A stretch of 64,000 nucleotides of DNA from Eledone cirrhosa (Eukaryota): positions 4,960,001 to 5,024,000 of the forward strand of contig OZ024753.1 in the NCBI GenBank assembly GCA_964016885.1. The letters run 5' to 3'. The notes beneath the pieces were generated by a model. The model saw only the letters and a list, made by a program, of their open reading frames with translations, was not told the DNA's origin and made no database searches. Shown in pieces: positions 54,310 through 64,000 of this stretch. How positions within the stretch are numbered: the stretch's first letter is position 1; every line of letters starts with the position of its first letter. The position numbers and the translations under genes are program-made.

Positions 54310-54735
54310 TATCTTCCTGGTGTGAATACACCTATGGTTATATAGTTTTCCATAGAATGAGTTTTGACATTGATATAGCTACTCTTTTGTATGAATAGCT
54401 ACATGTGTAAGTAAGCGATGTTTGTAAGAGAATGGTTTACCACAGATATCACAGCAATATGGTTTTTCTCATGTATGAATATGTCTGTATTTAGTTAAGT
54501 TACAACTCACAAAAAATGCTTTACAACAGATATCACATGATAAGGTTCTGTATAAATACATTTGTGAGTAGTGAGACTACCTTTTTGTGAAAAAGATTTT
54601 CTAAGGTGATATGGTTTGTCTCCTGTATGAATATGTTTGTGAACAATTAAGTGATTTCTTTGAGTAAATGATATACCACAGATATCACACTGATATGGCT
54701 TCTTTCCTGAATGAATGCATTTGTGTTTAGATATA
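54310..54735 (-). pseudogene. decayed C2H2 zinc-finger array
   Basis: Minus strand reads HKCIHSGKKPYQCDICGISFTQRNHLIVHKHIHTGDKPYH[CxxC lost]KSFSQKGSLTTHKC.., then frameshifted [36 protein letters not shown]. Confidence 0.85.
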
Positions 54736-54818
54736 TTACATCGATTTTTTTCGTCACATATTCCTCAGCTTATATTTGGTTATATATGGGAATTAAAGAA
54801 AGTGATTGAAAATACACA

Positions 54819-55217
54819 TCAACATTGATTTCCGCACAATTCTTCCTCTTGTGTTTGCTTTGTTTTGGCTCTTTTTGCATCAGGTAGCATTTTTATAATT
54901 GATCTTTGAGAGATACCAAGTTCTCGTGAAGCTTGTCTAGTTGACTTTTGTGGATTACAAGCAAAAGCAGCTTCAACAATCTGCTTGTTTTCAAAGGTAC
55001 AAACAGTCCTTGGCCTTCCTGTTCTTGGAAGATCTTCGCATGAACCTGTTGATTCAAAGCGTTGAATGAGACTGGATACTGTTTCTCTTTTTACTGACTG
55101 TTTAAATTTTTCTTGAAATAGACGACATGTCTCACTCTTATTGCATGTTTGGTAAAAAGTTTTTACAATAAAGACACGCTGTTCAATTGTCAATCGTTTC
55201 TTGCCAGCGTCTCCCAT
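54819..55217 (-). CDS. Tc1/mariner transposase N-terminal DNA-binding domain only (DUF4817-like HTH, GRPR, second HTH), 132 aa; candidate domesticated gene
   Basis: LTIEQRVFIVKTFY..CRLFQEKF..TVSSLIQRFESTGSCEDLPRTGRPRTV..NPQKSTRQASRELGIS..IIKML. Intact ATG-to-TGA ORF with no DDD/E domain. Polypyrimidine-CAG acceptor at 55262-55278. Confidence 0.7.
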   Translation of the reverse strand: MGDAGKKRLTIEQRVFIVKTFYQTCNKSETCRLFQEKFKQSVKRETVSSLIQRFESTGSCEDLPRTGRPRTVCTFENKQIVEAAFACNPQKSTRQASRELGISQRSIIKMLPDAKRAKTKQTQEEELCGNQC

Positions 55218-55324
55218 GATTAATTGGGGTTCGGTTTTCAGTGCATAAAATAAACATAGATCTGAAAAAAGAAAAAAAGTGTATTAAGTTAACACTGCAA
55301 CACATCAACAAGCATTATTATTCA

Positions 55325-55515
55325 AAGGGCAGAGGATTGGCAGTATCAGTAGAGGGTCGGACGCCATGCTTTGACGCATAGAGTTACGGTCCTTGCCATT
55401 CTGAGTTCAAATCCCGCCGAGGTTAACTTTGCCTTTCATCCTTTCGGGGTCGATAAAATAAAGTACCAGTAATACACTGGGTTAATTGCTGGCCCTGTGC
55501 CAAAAAGTAGAAACA
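55325..55515 (+). mobile_element. tRNA-derived SINE with 11-bp TSD
   Basis: TSD attattattca at 55314-55324 and 55516-55526. Confidence 0.9.
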
Positions 55516-55638
55516 ATTATTATTCATATTATTATTCATTGAATAGAAAATTCATAAAACATAGTTGATCACACACAAATAGACAAACATTTATAAAATT
55601 ATCAGTGAATCTTGCAATGAAAATGCATTGACTCACCC

Positions 55639-55669
<31 letters not shown>

Positions 55670-55894
55670 CCTGTCACAGTCAACTTTGCATTTCATCCAT
55701 TTAAGGTCAATAAAATAGTACTGGGGTTGATTCTTCCTCTATATCTCTTTCTCCGACTCTCCCTATCCTTTTATTGAAGAAATCTGCCTTATTCCGACAT
55801 TGAGAGATGGACACCACCAGGTTTAAAGGTGCCCTAGAAATCCCGTATGTCAATATGGCGCACCTATGACTCCTTTGGGAGTTACCAGGACCAT

Positions 55895-56104
55895 GCAGGC
55901 ATTTCTTCTGTACCACCATAGATGTTGTTCCTTTTGATATACACATTCAGTATTACAATGTGGACAAACTACAGAATTTGGCAGAACACCATGACAGAAA
56001 AGAAAGTCTACACTTTTTTCGTTATCAAAGAACTTGGTAATATATTCGTAAACAGTAAAACAACAATTTTCACACAAAGACATTTCTAAAGCAACTTCCC
56101 TCAA
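55895..56104 (-). mobile_element. possible Merlin/ISXO2-like transposase N-terminal fragment
   Basis: VDFLFCHGVLPNSVVCPHCNTEC..LWW resembles the zinc-ribbon N-terminus of Merlin transposases. No catalytic domain is visible. Confidence 0.45.
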
Positions 56105-56369
56105 TTGAATTTACTGTGTGTACCTCAAATAAAACAGTTGTGGATAAAGTGAAAATAGCTGAATATTTTCACTTTAGTTCAGAATAGTTTCTTACTGTAT
56201 CTCTCTCTCTCTCTCTCTATTTATCATATTGCTATTGAGATTAATATGATGAGAGAAAGAGAGCCCCCCCCCTCTCTCTCTCTGTTTGACAATATTCAGC
56301 TATTTTCACTTTAATGAATATCTTTCTTACTGTACTTCCCTCTCTCTCTCTCATCTTTAATCATATTAA

Positions 56370-56490
56370 TTGTTTCTACTTTTGGCACAAGGCCAGCAAT
56401 TACCCAGTGCATTACTGGTACTTTATTTTATCTCGACCCCCCCCCCCCCCCCAGAAGGATGAAAGGCAAAGTTAACCTCGTCGGGATTTA
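56370..56490 (-). mobile_element. 5'-truncated tRNA-SINE copy
   Basis: Homologous to the 3' half of 29596-29780. Confidence 0.8.
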
Positions 56491-56512
56491 ATGATATGAT
56501 AAATAGAAAGAT

Positions 56513-57250
56513 TCTGCTTCTGCTTCGCCCACTTATTCCTGAGAAGGTCATGGGAGCAGAGTCCTCAAACACTCAAGCAACCATCACCAATTGATCCGGC
56601 TGGATCCCTAAGCAAGACCAGCTGAGTTCATGGATGTTATCCAACTATTTTGCTCAGGGTCTACCCCTGGGTCTCCTGCTGTTTGGTTGTGCCTTTAAAA
56701 TCTGTCCAGTAATTCTTTCCTGAGATATTCTAACCATATGCCCATAGTATCGGAGCTGTGCTCTCTCAATTCGGAATAGTGGCTGTATCTGGAGCCATCA
56801 AGTAACATTATTCCGAAGACCCTTCGGAGGAACCCCAATTTCAGCCACTCACTTGTATTCACAATCCTATTTTTTCAGTCTTTACCCAAGATTCATGACA
56901 ATAGGTAAGGGTTGGCACAAAAACCAAATTGAAGATAGTGAGTTTGGCTTTTACATCACCTCCCTTCTTCTGATTACCGAATGCTGAAGCTGGCGCATTA
57001 CTGCACTAGCTCTTGCAATTCTTATACTTAATTCAGCTTCCTGCCTTCCATTACATATGAACAAAACCCCAACATACTTAAATTTCTCCACTTGCTTCAG
57101 TGGATCTCCATTCATATGTAGAGTGCACTGTGCAGGCTTCCTTGCGAAGATGAGTGACTCAGTTTTTGCAGCACTGAGCATCAAACCTATCAAGTGCATT
57201 TTGGAGATCACCTTCTGACAAGTCAAGTAATACTATGCCGTCTACAAATC
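56513..57250 (-). mobile_element. RTE-clade LINE 3' fragment
   Basis: SAAKTESL..LKQVEKFKYVGVLF..EAELSIRIARAS. Similar to the C-terminal part of the 26700-28900 element. Confidence 0.75.
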
Positions 57251-57885
57251 CCAGCAGACTGATACCTCACATGCAAGTCATGATACCACTTCCAACCTGG
57301 CTGGATTACCCATAATTGATGGGAAGAGACCAGATGACCTTACCCTTTGTCCCTAGGTGAGAAGCAGTTGTCTCATCTGGGACAACACAGTCAGTGAATT
57401 TTTTGCTCCCTCCCTCATCATCGATACCTCTGCAAATGTGAGGGCCATTGCTTCTGTTGAAAATCCTTACATACCAGAAACTATCAAATAACTATTTTTC
57501 CAGCCTGTGTTGTTTGGTGGAGCTGGGCGATGATAACGAAGTTCTTCTCATCGTTGGCGACTCACCTTACAGAGGTGTCAGGAGGGTCCATGAGTGTGCT
57601 TGGTTGTTTCAGCGGCTTAGTCACGCCATCACCTGCGAGTGTGTTGGCCTGTCCCAAAATTTTCTGCTGATCCTTGTGATGTGTGGACGATTGTCGCACT
57701 CGGTGGTGAATTTATGGTTGTTTAGTTTATTTTATTCCCTTTTCTCTCACTTTGATCATATATTTTAGTGCATTTGTGATGTTCTTGACAATAATTAATT
57801 GTATTTATTATGTGTTTATATTTCCATTCAGTAAGAATTATAAACGATTTGTAATTTTATTTATACAACTGTGAATAATAAAAAT
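57250..57885 (+). mobile_element. CRE-clade retrotransposon 3' fragment
   Basis: DGKRPDDLT..LIWD..AWLFQRLSHAIT plus an AT-rich 3' UTR. Confidence 0.7.
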
Positions 57886-58029
57886 ATCCTAAATATCGCT
57901 AAGAAAAAAAAATGCAAAGATACAAAACTCTAATATATTAAAACTTACTTATTAATTCGTTTCGATAATTTCAGGAGAACCAAATTATATTTTAACATGA
58001 CACATTATTTCTCGTTTTCATTTTAATTA

Positions 58030-58202
58030 CCGCATTTCCCGGCGCCGAAGATGCTTCGCCCTCGAGAACGCACCCTAATTTTGACAACTAAAATTTTGAA
58101 AAAAAAAATAATAAACAACTTTCGGTCTCCAGGACGCATGGTAGATTTTTGAGACTTATTTTAGGGGGGAAAATGTAGCGTCTTCGATGCCAGGAAATAC
58201 GG
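58030..58202. mobile_element. Tc2/pogo-type MITE with TA TSD
   Basis: ta|ccgcatttcccggcgccgaagatgc ... gcgtcttcgatgccaggaaatacgg|ta; TIRs of about 25 bp. Confidence 0.8.
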
Positions 58203-58414
58203 TACGTTGTCTTCTATAATAATTTAATCTGGTGTTGTTATTTTTTAATATTCAATTAGACACTGTTAGAGACATAATCACAATGATAGCAGCTGAACTT
58301 ATACAACGCGTGCCTTAAAAAATCTTTTTGTGTCATGGCTTTAGAAGCAGTATAGATACACTCAAATTTTATCAATTAAATAATTCTGTAGAAAACAAGT
58401 TGTATCTTTCGTCA

Positions 58415-59175
58415 GTAACCTCGTGCCGCGTCCTCGTCAGCAGAGTTATTCAAAGCACAACCCTCTGTGTTCAGAGAACGTGAGGCCGCCTGTGAGACGT
58501 GGGACCGGCTGGGACTTAGCCTAGTAGACGTCCCTCCTCCTTCTCTCCCTGTTGACGTCAAGTCCCTCCAACGCACTTGGGATGCCATCCAGTGCAGCCT
58601 GGCCTCAGACAAGATCAAGCGCCAGCTCGACCAGCACCGCCTTGCTTGTTTTCGTGCAGCCTCCAAACCCCACAGTGGTGCCTGGCTCCATGCCCTCCTT
58701 CTCCACTGGCACGCAGTTAGACAACCATAGCCTGCGAATCGTCGTTTCCCTGAGGCTCGCCCCCCGGATCTGCCAGCCACACCAATGTCGCTGCGGTTCC
58801 ACCGTGGACTCTTTCGGCCTCCTCCCGCTTTCCTGTCACCACAGTGCCGGCCGCATTCCACACCATGCTGCCCTCAACGAGGTCATAAAGCACGTCTTGG
58901 ACGCTGCAGGCTTCCCTTCCCAGCTCGAGCCAGTGGGGCCGGATCGAGGGGACGGCAAAAGGCCAGATGGCATGACCATCTTCCCGTTCAGCGGTGGCAA
59001 ACCCCTCGTCTGGGATGCCACTTGCACCGACACTTTCTGCAGCCGCAATCTGGTGCACTGTATTTGTAAGGTTCCTAGCAATAGTTAATTGTATTTATTA
59101 TATGTGTTTATATTTTCGTTGTGAAACAATTGTGAACAATTTGTAATGTTATTTTTACAACTATGAATAAAAAAC
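58415..59175 (+). mobile_element. CRE-clade non-LTR retrotransposon fragment (Zn knuckle + RLE)
   Basis: HSGAWLHA, CRCGSTVD..LSC..GRIPHHAALN..LEPVG.DRGDGKRPDGMTIFPFSGGKPLVWDATCTDT, joined to the CRE 3' UTR through an internal deletion. Confidence 0.85.
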
Positions 59176-59679
59176 AAATCTTAGATACACGTTGTAGATT
59201 GAATAAATTGGTATTACTTTGAATATAGAGGCAGTAGAATTGAAATTACTGGATTTCTATTGGTTAGTTTAGGTGAAATTAGAAGACGGATATTCAATTA
59301 ATATAATTGAGCATTATCTAATAAAAATAAAAACACATTATTAAAGGGAACAGAAAAAGAAAAAAAGATCAAGCAAAGAAAGAAAATGCGAGAGGGGAGG
59401 GACAGACACTATACCTCAGTCTAAGGGTGTATATTAATTAACAGTGGAAATGGTATAGGCTCTGTTGATTTTACACGTAAAGAGGTAAATATAAAAATTA
59501 GACCAAAATAATCATCGGATTTTTTAAATACTTTCACAGATTCAAAACCTGCAAAATATTCATAAACTGATTTCTGCTAGATTTACAGTTGCAGTACTTA
59601 CTTATTTGTGTTTATAAATAGTGGAACCTCGTCTTACAAACTTAATTCGTTAATAAAGACCATTCATCATCCGAAATGT

Positions 59680-60640
59680 TTCCATCTCTCTCTCTCTATT
59701 TCATAATTCTCAAATCCTTCTTTCTCTTTTTGTCCCTCTTCTTCTCTCTCGTACCACTGCCTTATCTCCTATTCACTCAACATCCTTCGCTCTCTATCTG
59801 TTTGTCTCTCTCTCTCTTTCTCCAGCTCCTCTATATTTCTCGGCCTCTAACCCCCTTTCTCTGTCTTAACATCTGAACTCCTTCTACCACTACCCTATCT
59901 CCTTTCTCTCTCTCTCTCTCTCTCTCACCAACCAAACATAAACATTCTCTCTCCTAGAATAAAATTGCGGGTGTGCAAATTCAGATCAATTTTACAATCA
60001 AAGGGGAAGTAATTATGTAAACAAACAGGAAGACTCCCCCTCCTACTACAACGCTATTTCCTTTCTGTTTCTCTCACCAAAAATATAAACACTCTCACCT
60101 CCCCTCTTCTCCGTTTGTGGGTGTGCAGTCAATTTTACAGTCAAGGAAGAACTGTAAACATACAAAACGACTCCAAATCCCTACTGGGCGCTCTACCAGG
60201 TGAAAATATCTCGAACAAAATAAATAAATTAATAAAACCGAGAATGAAACATTAATATATTCGCCATAATTGCATTCACAGCTTTATAACAAAACATTGA
60301 TGAAGGAAGATAACGAAGTAATCGTAAAATAAAAAAACTAAACTCTGTTAAAAGTATTCGTGTTATATTGGCAGACGATAGTTAGAAATGTGTTTATATA
60401 TATATAAATATACCTGTAAACATATGTATATATTAATTGTTTCTACTTTTGGCACAAGGCCAGCAATTATCACAGTGCATTACTGGTACTTAATTTTATC
60501 GACTCCGTAAGGATGAAAGGCAAAGTTAACCTCGGCGGGATTTGAACTCAGAATGTATATATTCAGATATGCAACTGCGTGTATAAAGTATTGTCTTATT
60601 TACAAAATTATATTTCTAATATCGTGTTTAATATTTCATA
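59680..60640. repeat. diverged copy of the terminal tandem unit, carrying a truncated SINE at about 60438-60555
   Basis: Shares ctagaataaaattgcgggtgtgc and aataaataaattaataaaacc with the 61580-64000 units. Confidence 0.8.
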
Positions 60641-60789
60641 TAAGTCATTTCAGGATATTTGTTTTGGTCAGTATTTTATATTTAGACATATATTGTTTAA
60701 TTTGTTTTGTCAGGCGGGATAGCGCTCTAACGGGAATAGATCTGGTAGCTGTGGATTAATACGCAATTAGGTTTCCCAAATATAATTCA

Positions 60790-61570
60790 TTAGTAGAGAA
60801 AAGCAATGAAGAATGACATGATGCTAAATGAAAAAAAAGCGATATATACAAACACCCACACGCCGACCACAATTGAATATGGAATGATACGCGATGGGGC
60901 TCCGCCACAGCCTCGACGGACAGGATGGAGAAGGCGTTTCCTCGGAGGACAGCAAGGGAGATGCGCTGGAAAAGCCACTCCAACTCGCGGGGCTCACACC
61001 TGCGGCTGGCCAGCTCAGCGCCTATGGTGGTGAGTAGGGAGGTGGGCCAAGGACACCAGAAGTCTCCACTGCCAGGAGTACAACCGCAAACCTGTCGGAG
61101 AGCGACCGGTATTTGAGGAGTTTAGCCTCCTCAGCCCGACGTGCAGCAAAACCCGGGTTAATCGCAGACTGCACCAGGTTACGGCTATAGAAAGTGTCGG
61201 TGCAGGCGGCAACCCAGAGGAGAGGTTTACCACCGCGGAACAGGAAGATGGTCATGCCATCTGGCCTATTGCCGTCCCCTCGGTCCAGCCCCACCGGCTC
61301 CAGCAGGGAAAGGAAGCCTGCAGCATCCAAGCCATGCTTTATGACCTCGTTGAGGGCAGCATGGCGTGGAAGGCGGCTGGCACTGTGGCGACAGGAAAGC
61401 GGGTGGAGGCCGAAAGGGTCCACGGTGGATCCGCAGCGACATTGTTGTGGCTCGCAGATCCGGAGGGCGAGCCTCAAGGACACGCCTATGCGCAGGCTAT
61501 TATTGTCTAGCTGCGTGCCAGTGGGCAAGGAATGGGTGGGGGGACATGGAGTCAGGCATCACTGTAGGGT
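60790..61570 (-). mobile_element. CRE-clade non-LTR retrotransposon 3' fragment
   Basis: CRCGSTVDPFGLHPLSC..RHAALN..DGNRPDGMT..AVETSGVLG..WLFQRISLAVLRGNA. Confidence 0.85.
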
Positions 61571-61579
61571 TTGGAATGT

Positions 61580-64000
61580 ACTTATTGTTTCACTCTCTCT
61601 CTCTCTCTTCCTTTGTTTTACCCCTTCTCACACAACATGTCTTTCTCTCTCTTTCTGCCAGCCCCTTCTCTCACTGAGACCTTTCTCTATCTCTTACTCT
61701 CTGTCGCTGTTTCACTCCTATAGTCACTCTCTATCTCTTTCTTTTTATCTGCACTTTCTACTTGCCTCACTTTCTCTCTCTCATTCTCAATTCCTTCTTT
61801 CTTTTTTTATCCCTCTTGTTCTCTCTCTTTGTCTCTTCTTCTTTCCCCGTCTCTGTCTTTAATCATATGCACCCCAACATACCCCCTCTCTTTCTCTCTC
61901 TCTCTTTCTCTTTCTGCAGCTCCTGTGTATTGATCTGCCTTTCTCTTCCGCTCTCTCTGCCTATATTTGACCTCCTCCTACCACTACCCAATCTCCTTTC
62001 TCTATTTCTCACCAGCCATATATAAACACTCACTTCTTTTCTCTATTCTCTCTCCTAGAATAAAATTGCGGGTGTGCAAAATCAGATCAATTTTACAGTC
62101 AAAGGGGAAGTAATAATGTAAACAAAAAAGCAGACTCCCCCTCCGACCACAACGATATTTCCTTTCTGTCTCTCTCACCAAGATTATAAACACTCTTACC
62201 TCTCCCCCTCTTCTCCGTTTGCTAAATATATCCCGGCCAAAATAAATAAATTAATAAAACCCGACAATGAAACATTAATATATTCGCCATAATTACATTC
62301 ACACCTTTATAACAAAACATTGATAAGGAAAAATAACGAGGTAATCGTAAAATAGAAAGATTAACTTCGTGAAATTCCGTTAAAAGTATTCGTGTTGTAT
62401 TTGGCAGAGGATAGTTATAAGTATGTGTGTATACATAGAAATATAACTGTAAACATATGTATATTTATGTATGCATTTACGTGTATAAATTATTGTCTTG
62501 TTTACAAAATCATATTTCTAATATCGTGTTTAATATTTCGTATTGTGTCGTCTTGTTTTCTTCCATTCAATCACGAATTGACTCTCGACTCACTCCCCTT
62601 CATTTACTTATTGTTTCACTCTCTCTTCCTTTCTTTTTCCCCCTCTAACACAACATGTCTTTCTTTCTCTCATTCTCAAATCCTTCTTTCTCTTTTTATC
62701 CCTCTTGTTCTCTCTCTTTGTCTCTTCTTCTTTCCCCGTCTCTGTCTTTAATCATATGCACTCCACATACCCCCTCTCTTTCTCTCTCTCTTTCTCTTTC
62801 TGCAGCTCCTGTGTATTGATCTGCCTTTCTCTTCCGCTCTCTCTGCCTATATTTGACCTCCTCCTACCACTACCCAATCTCCTTTCTCTATTTCTCACCA
62901 ACCAAACATAAACGCTCACTTCTCTCCTCTATTCTCTCTCCTAGAATAAAATTGCGGGTGTGCAAAATCTGATCAATTTTACAGTCAAAGGGGAAGTAAT
63001 AATGTAAACAAAAAAGCAGACTCCCCCTCCGACCACAACGATATTTCCTTTCTGTCTCTCTCACCAAGATTATAAACACTCTTACCTCGCCCCCTCTTCT
63101 CCGTTTGCTAAATATATCCCGGCCAAAATAAATAAATTAATAAAACCCGACAATGAAACATTAATATATTCGCCATAATTACATTCACACCTTTATAACA
63201 AAACATTGATAAGGAAAAATAACGAGGTAATCGTAAAAGAGAAAGATTAACTTCGTGAAATTCCGTTAAAAGTATTCGTGTTGTATTTGGCAGAGGATAG
63301 TTATAAGTATGTGTGTATACATAGAAATATAACTGTAAACATATCTATATTTATGTATGCATGTACGTGTATAAATTATTGTCTTGTTTACAAAATCATA
63401 TTTCTAATATCGTGTTTAATATTTCGTATTGTGTCGTCTTGTTTTCTTCCATTTAATCACGAATTGACTCTCGACTCACTCCCCTTCATTTACTTATTGT
63501 TTCACTCTCTCTACCTTTCTTTTTCCCCCTCTAACACAACATGTCTTTCTCTCTCTTAATGCCAGCCCCTTCTGTCACTGAGACCTTTCTCTATCTCTTA
63601 CTCTCTGTCGCTGTTTCACTCCTATAGTCACTCTCTATCTCTTTCTTTTTGTCTGCACTTTCTACTTGCCTCTCTTTCTCTCTCTCATTCTCAAATCCTT
63701 CTTTCTCTTTTTATCCCTCTTGTTCTCCCTCTTTGTCTCTTCTTCTTTCCCCGTCTTGTCTTTAATCATATGCACCCCAACATACCCCCTCTGTTTCTCT
63801 CTCTCTCTTTCTCTTTCTGCAGCTCCTGTGTATTGATCTGCCTTTCTCTTCCGCTCTCTCTACCTATATCTGACCTCCTCCTTCCACTACCCTATCTCCT
63901 TTCTCTATTTCTCACCAGCCATATATAAACACTCACTTCTCTTCTCTATTCTCTCTCCTAGAATAAAATTGCGGGTGTGCAAAATCAGATCAATTTTACA
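61580..64000. repeat. long-period tandem repeat (units of ~886 and ~1017 bp), continuing beyond the window
   Basis: ctagaataaaattgcgggtgtgc recurs at about 62056, 62941 and 63958, and gctaaatatatccc at 62221 and 63107. Copies are near-identical. Confidence 0.9.

Noticed and set aside
61194-63559. Long S/L/F-rich ORFs in the terminal repeat
   Set aside because: Products of CT-rich low-complexity sequence and the antisense strand of a CRE fragment.

Overview
AT-rich, microsatellite- and transposon-dense eukaryotic (animal) DNA. The tandem C2H2 zinc-finger style and the SINE families suggest an octopod cephalopod (inference). Host genes I can support: an intronless CIAO2B/FAM96B (31363-31833, -), a 10-exon HACD3/PTPLAD1 assembled by hand (38058-46073, -, 366 aa) and an 11-finger C2H2 ZNF (50084-51037, +). 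The rest is mostly mobile DNA: R4/Dong-type and CRE-type RLE retrotransposons, RTE LINE relics, a Penelope RT fragment, an internally deleted Helitron with an intact 3' end, Tigger and Merlin-like relics, several MITE families, about 10 copies of a tRNA-derived SINE and a ~0.9-1.0 kb tandem array at the right end. The best novelty candidate is an intact 132-aa ORF (54819-55217, -) encoding only a Tc1/mariner DNA-binding domain. It has a strong upstream splice acceptor and lies directly in front of a decayed C2H2 array that resembles an inverted paralog of the neighbouring ZNF gene. This may be a transposase domain that took over a ZNF transcription unit. All family assignments come from motif recognition by eye; no database searches were run.
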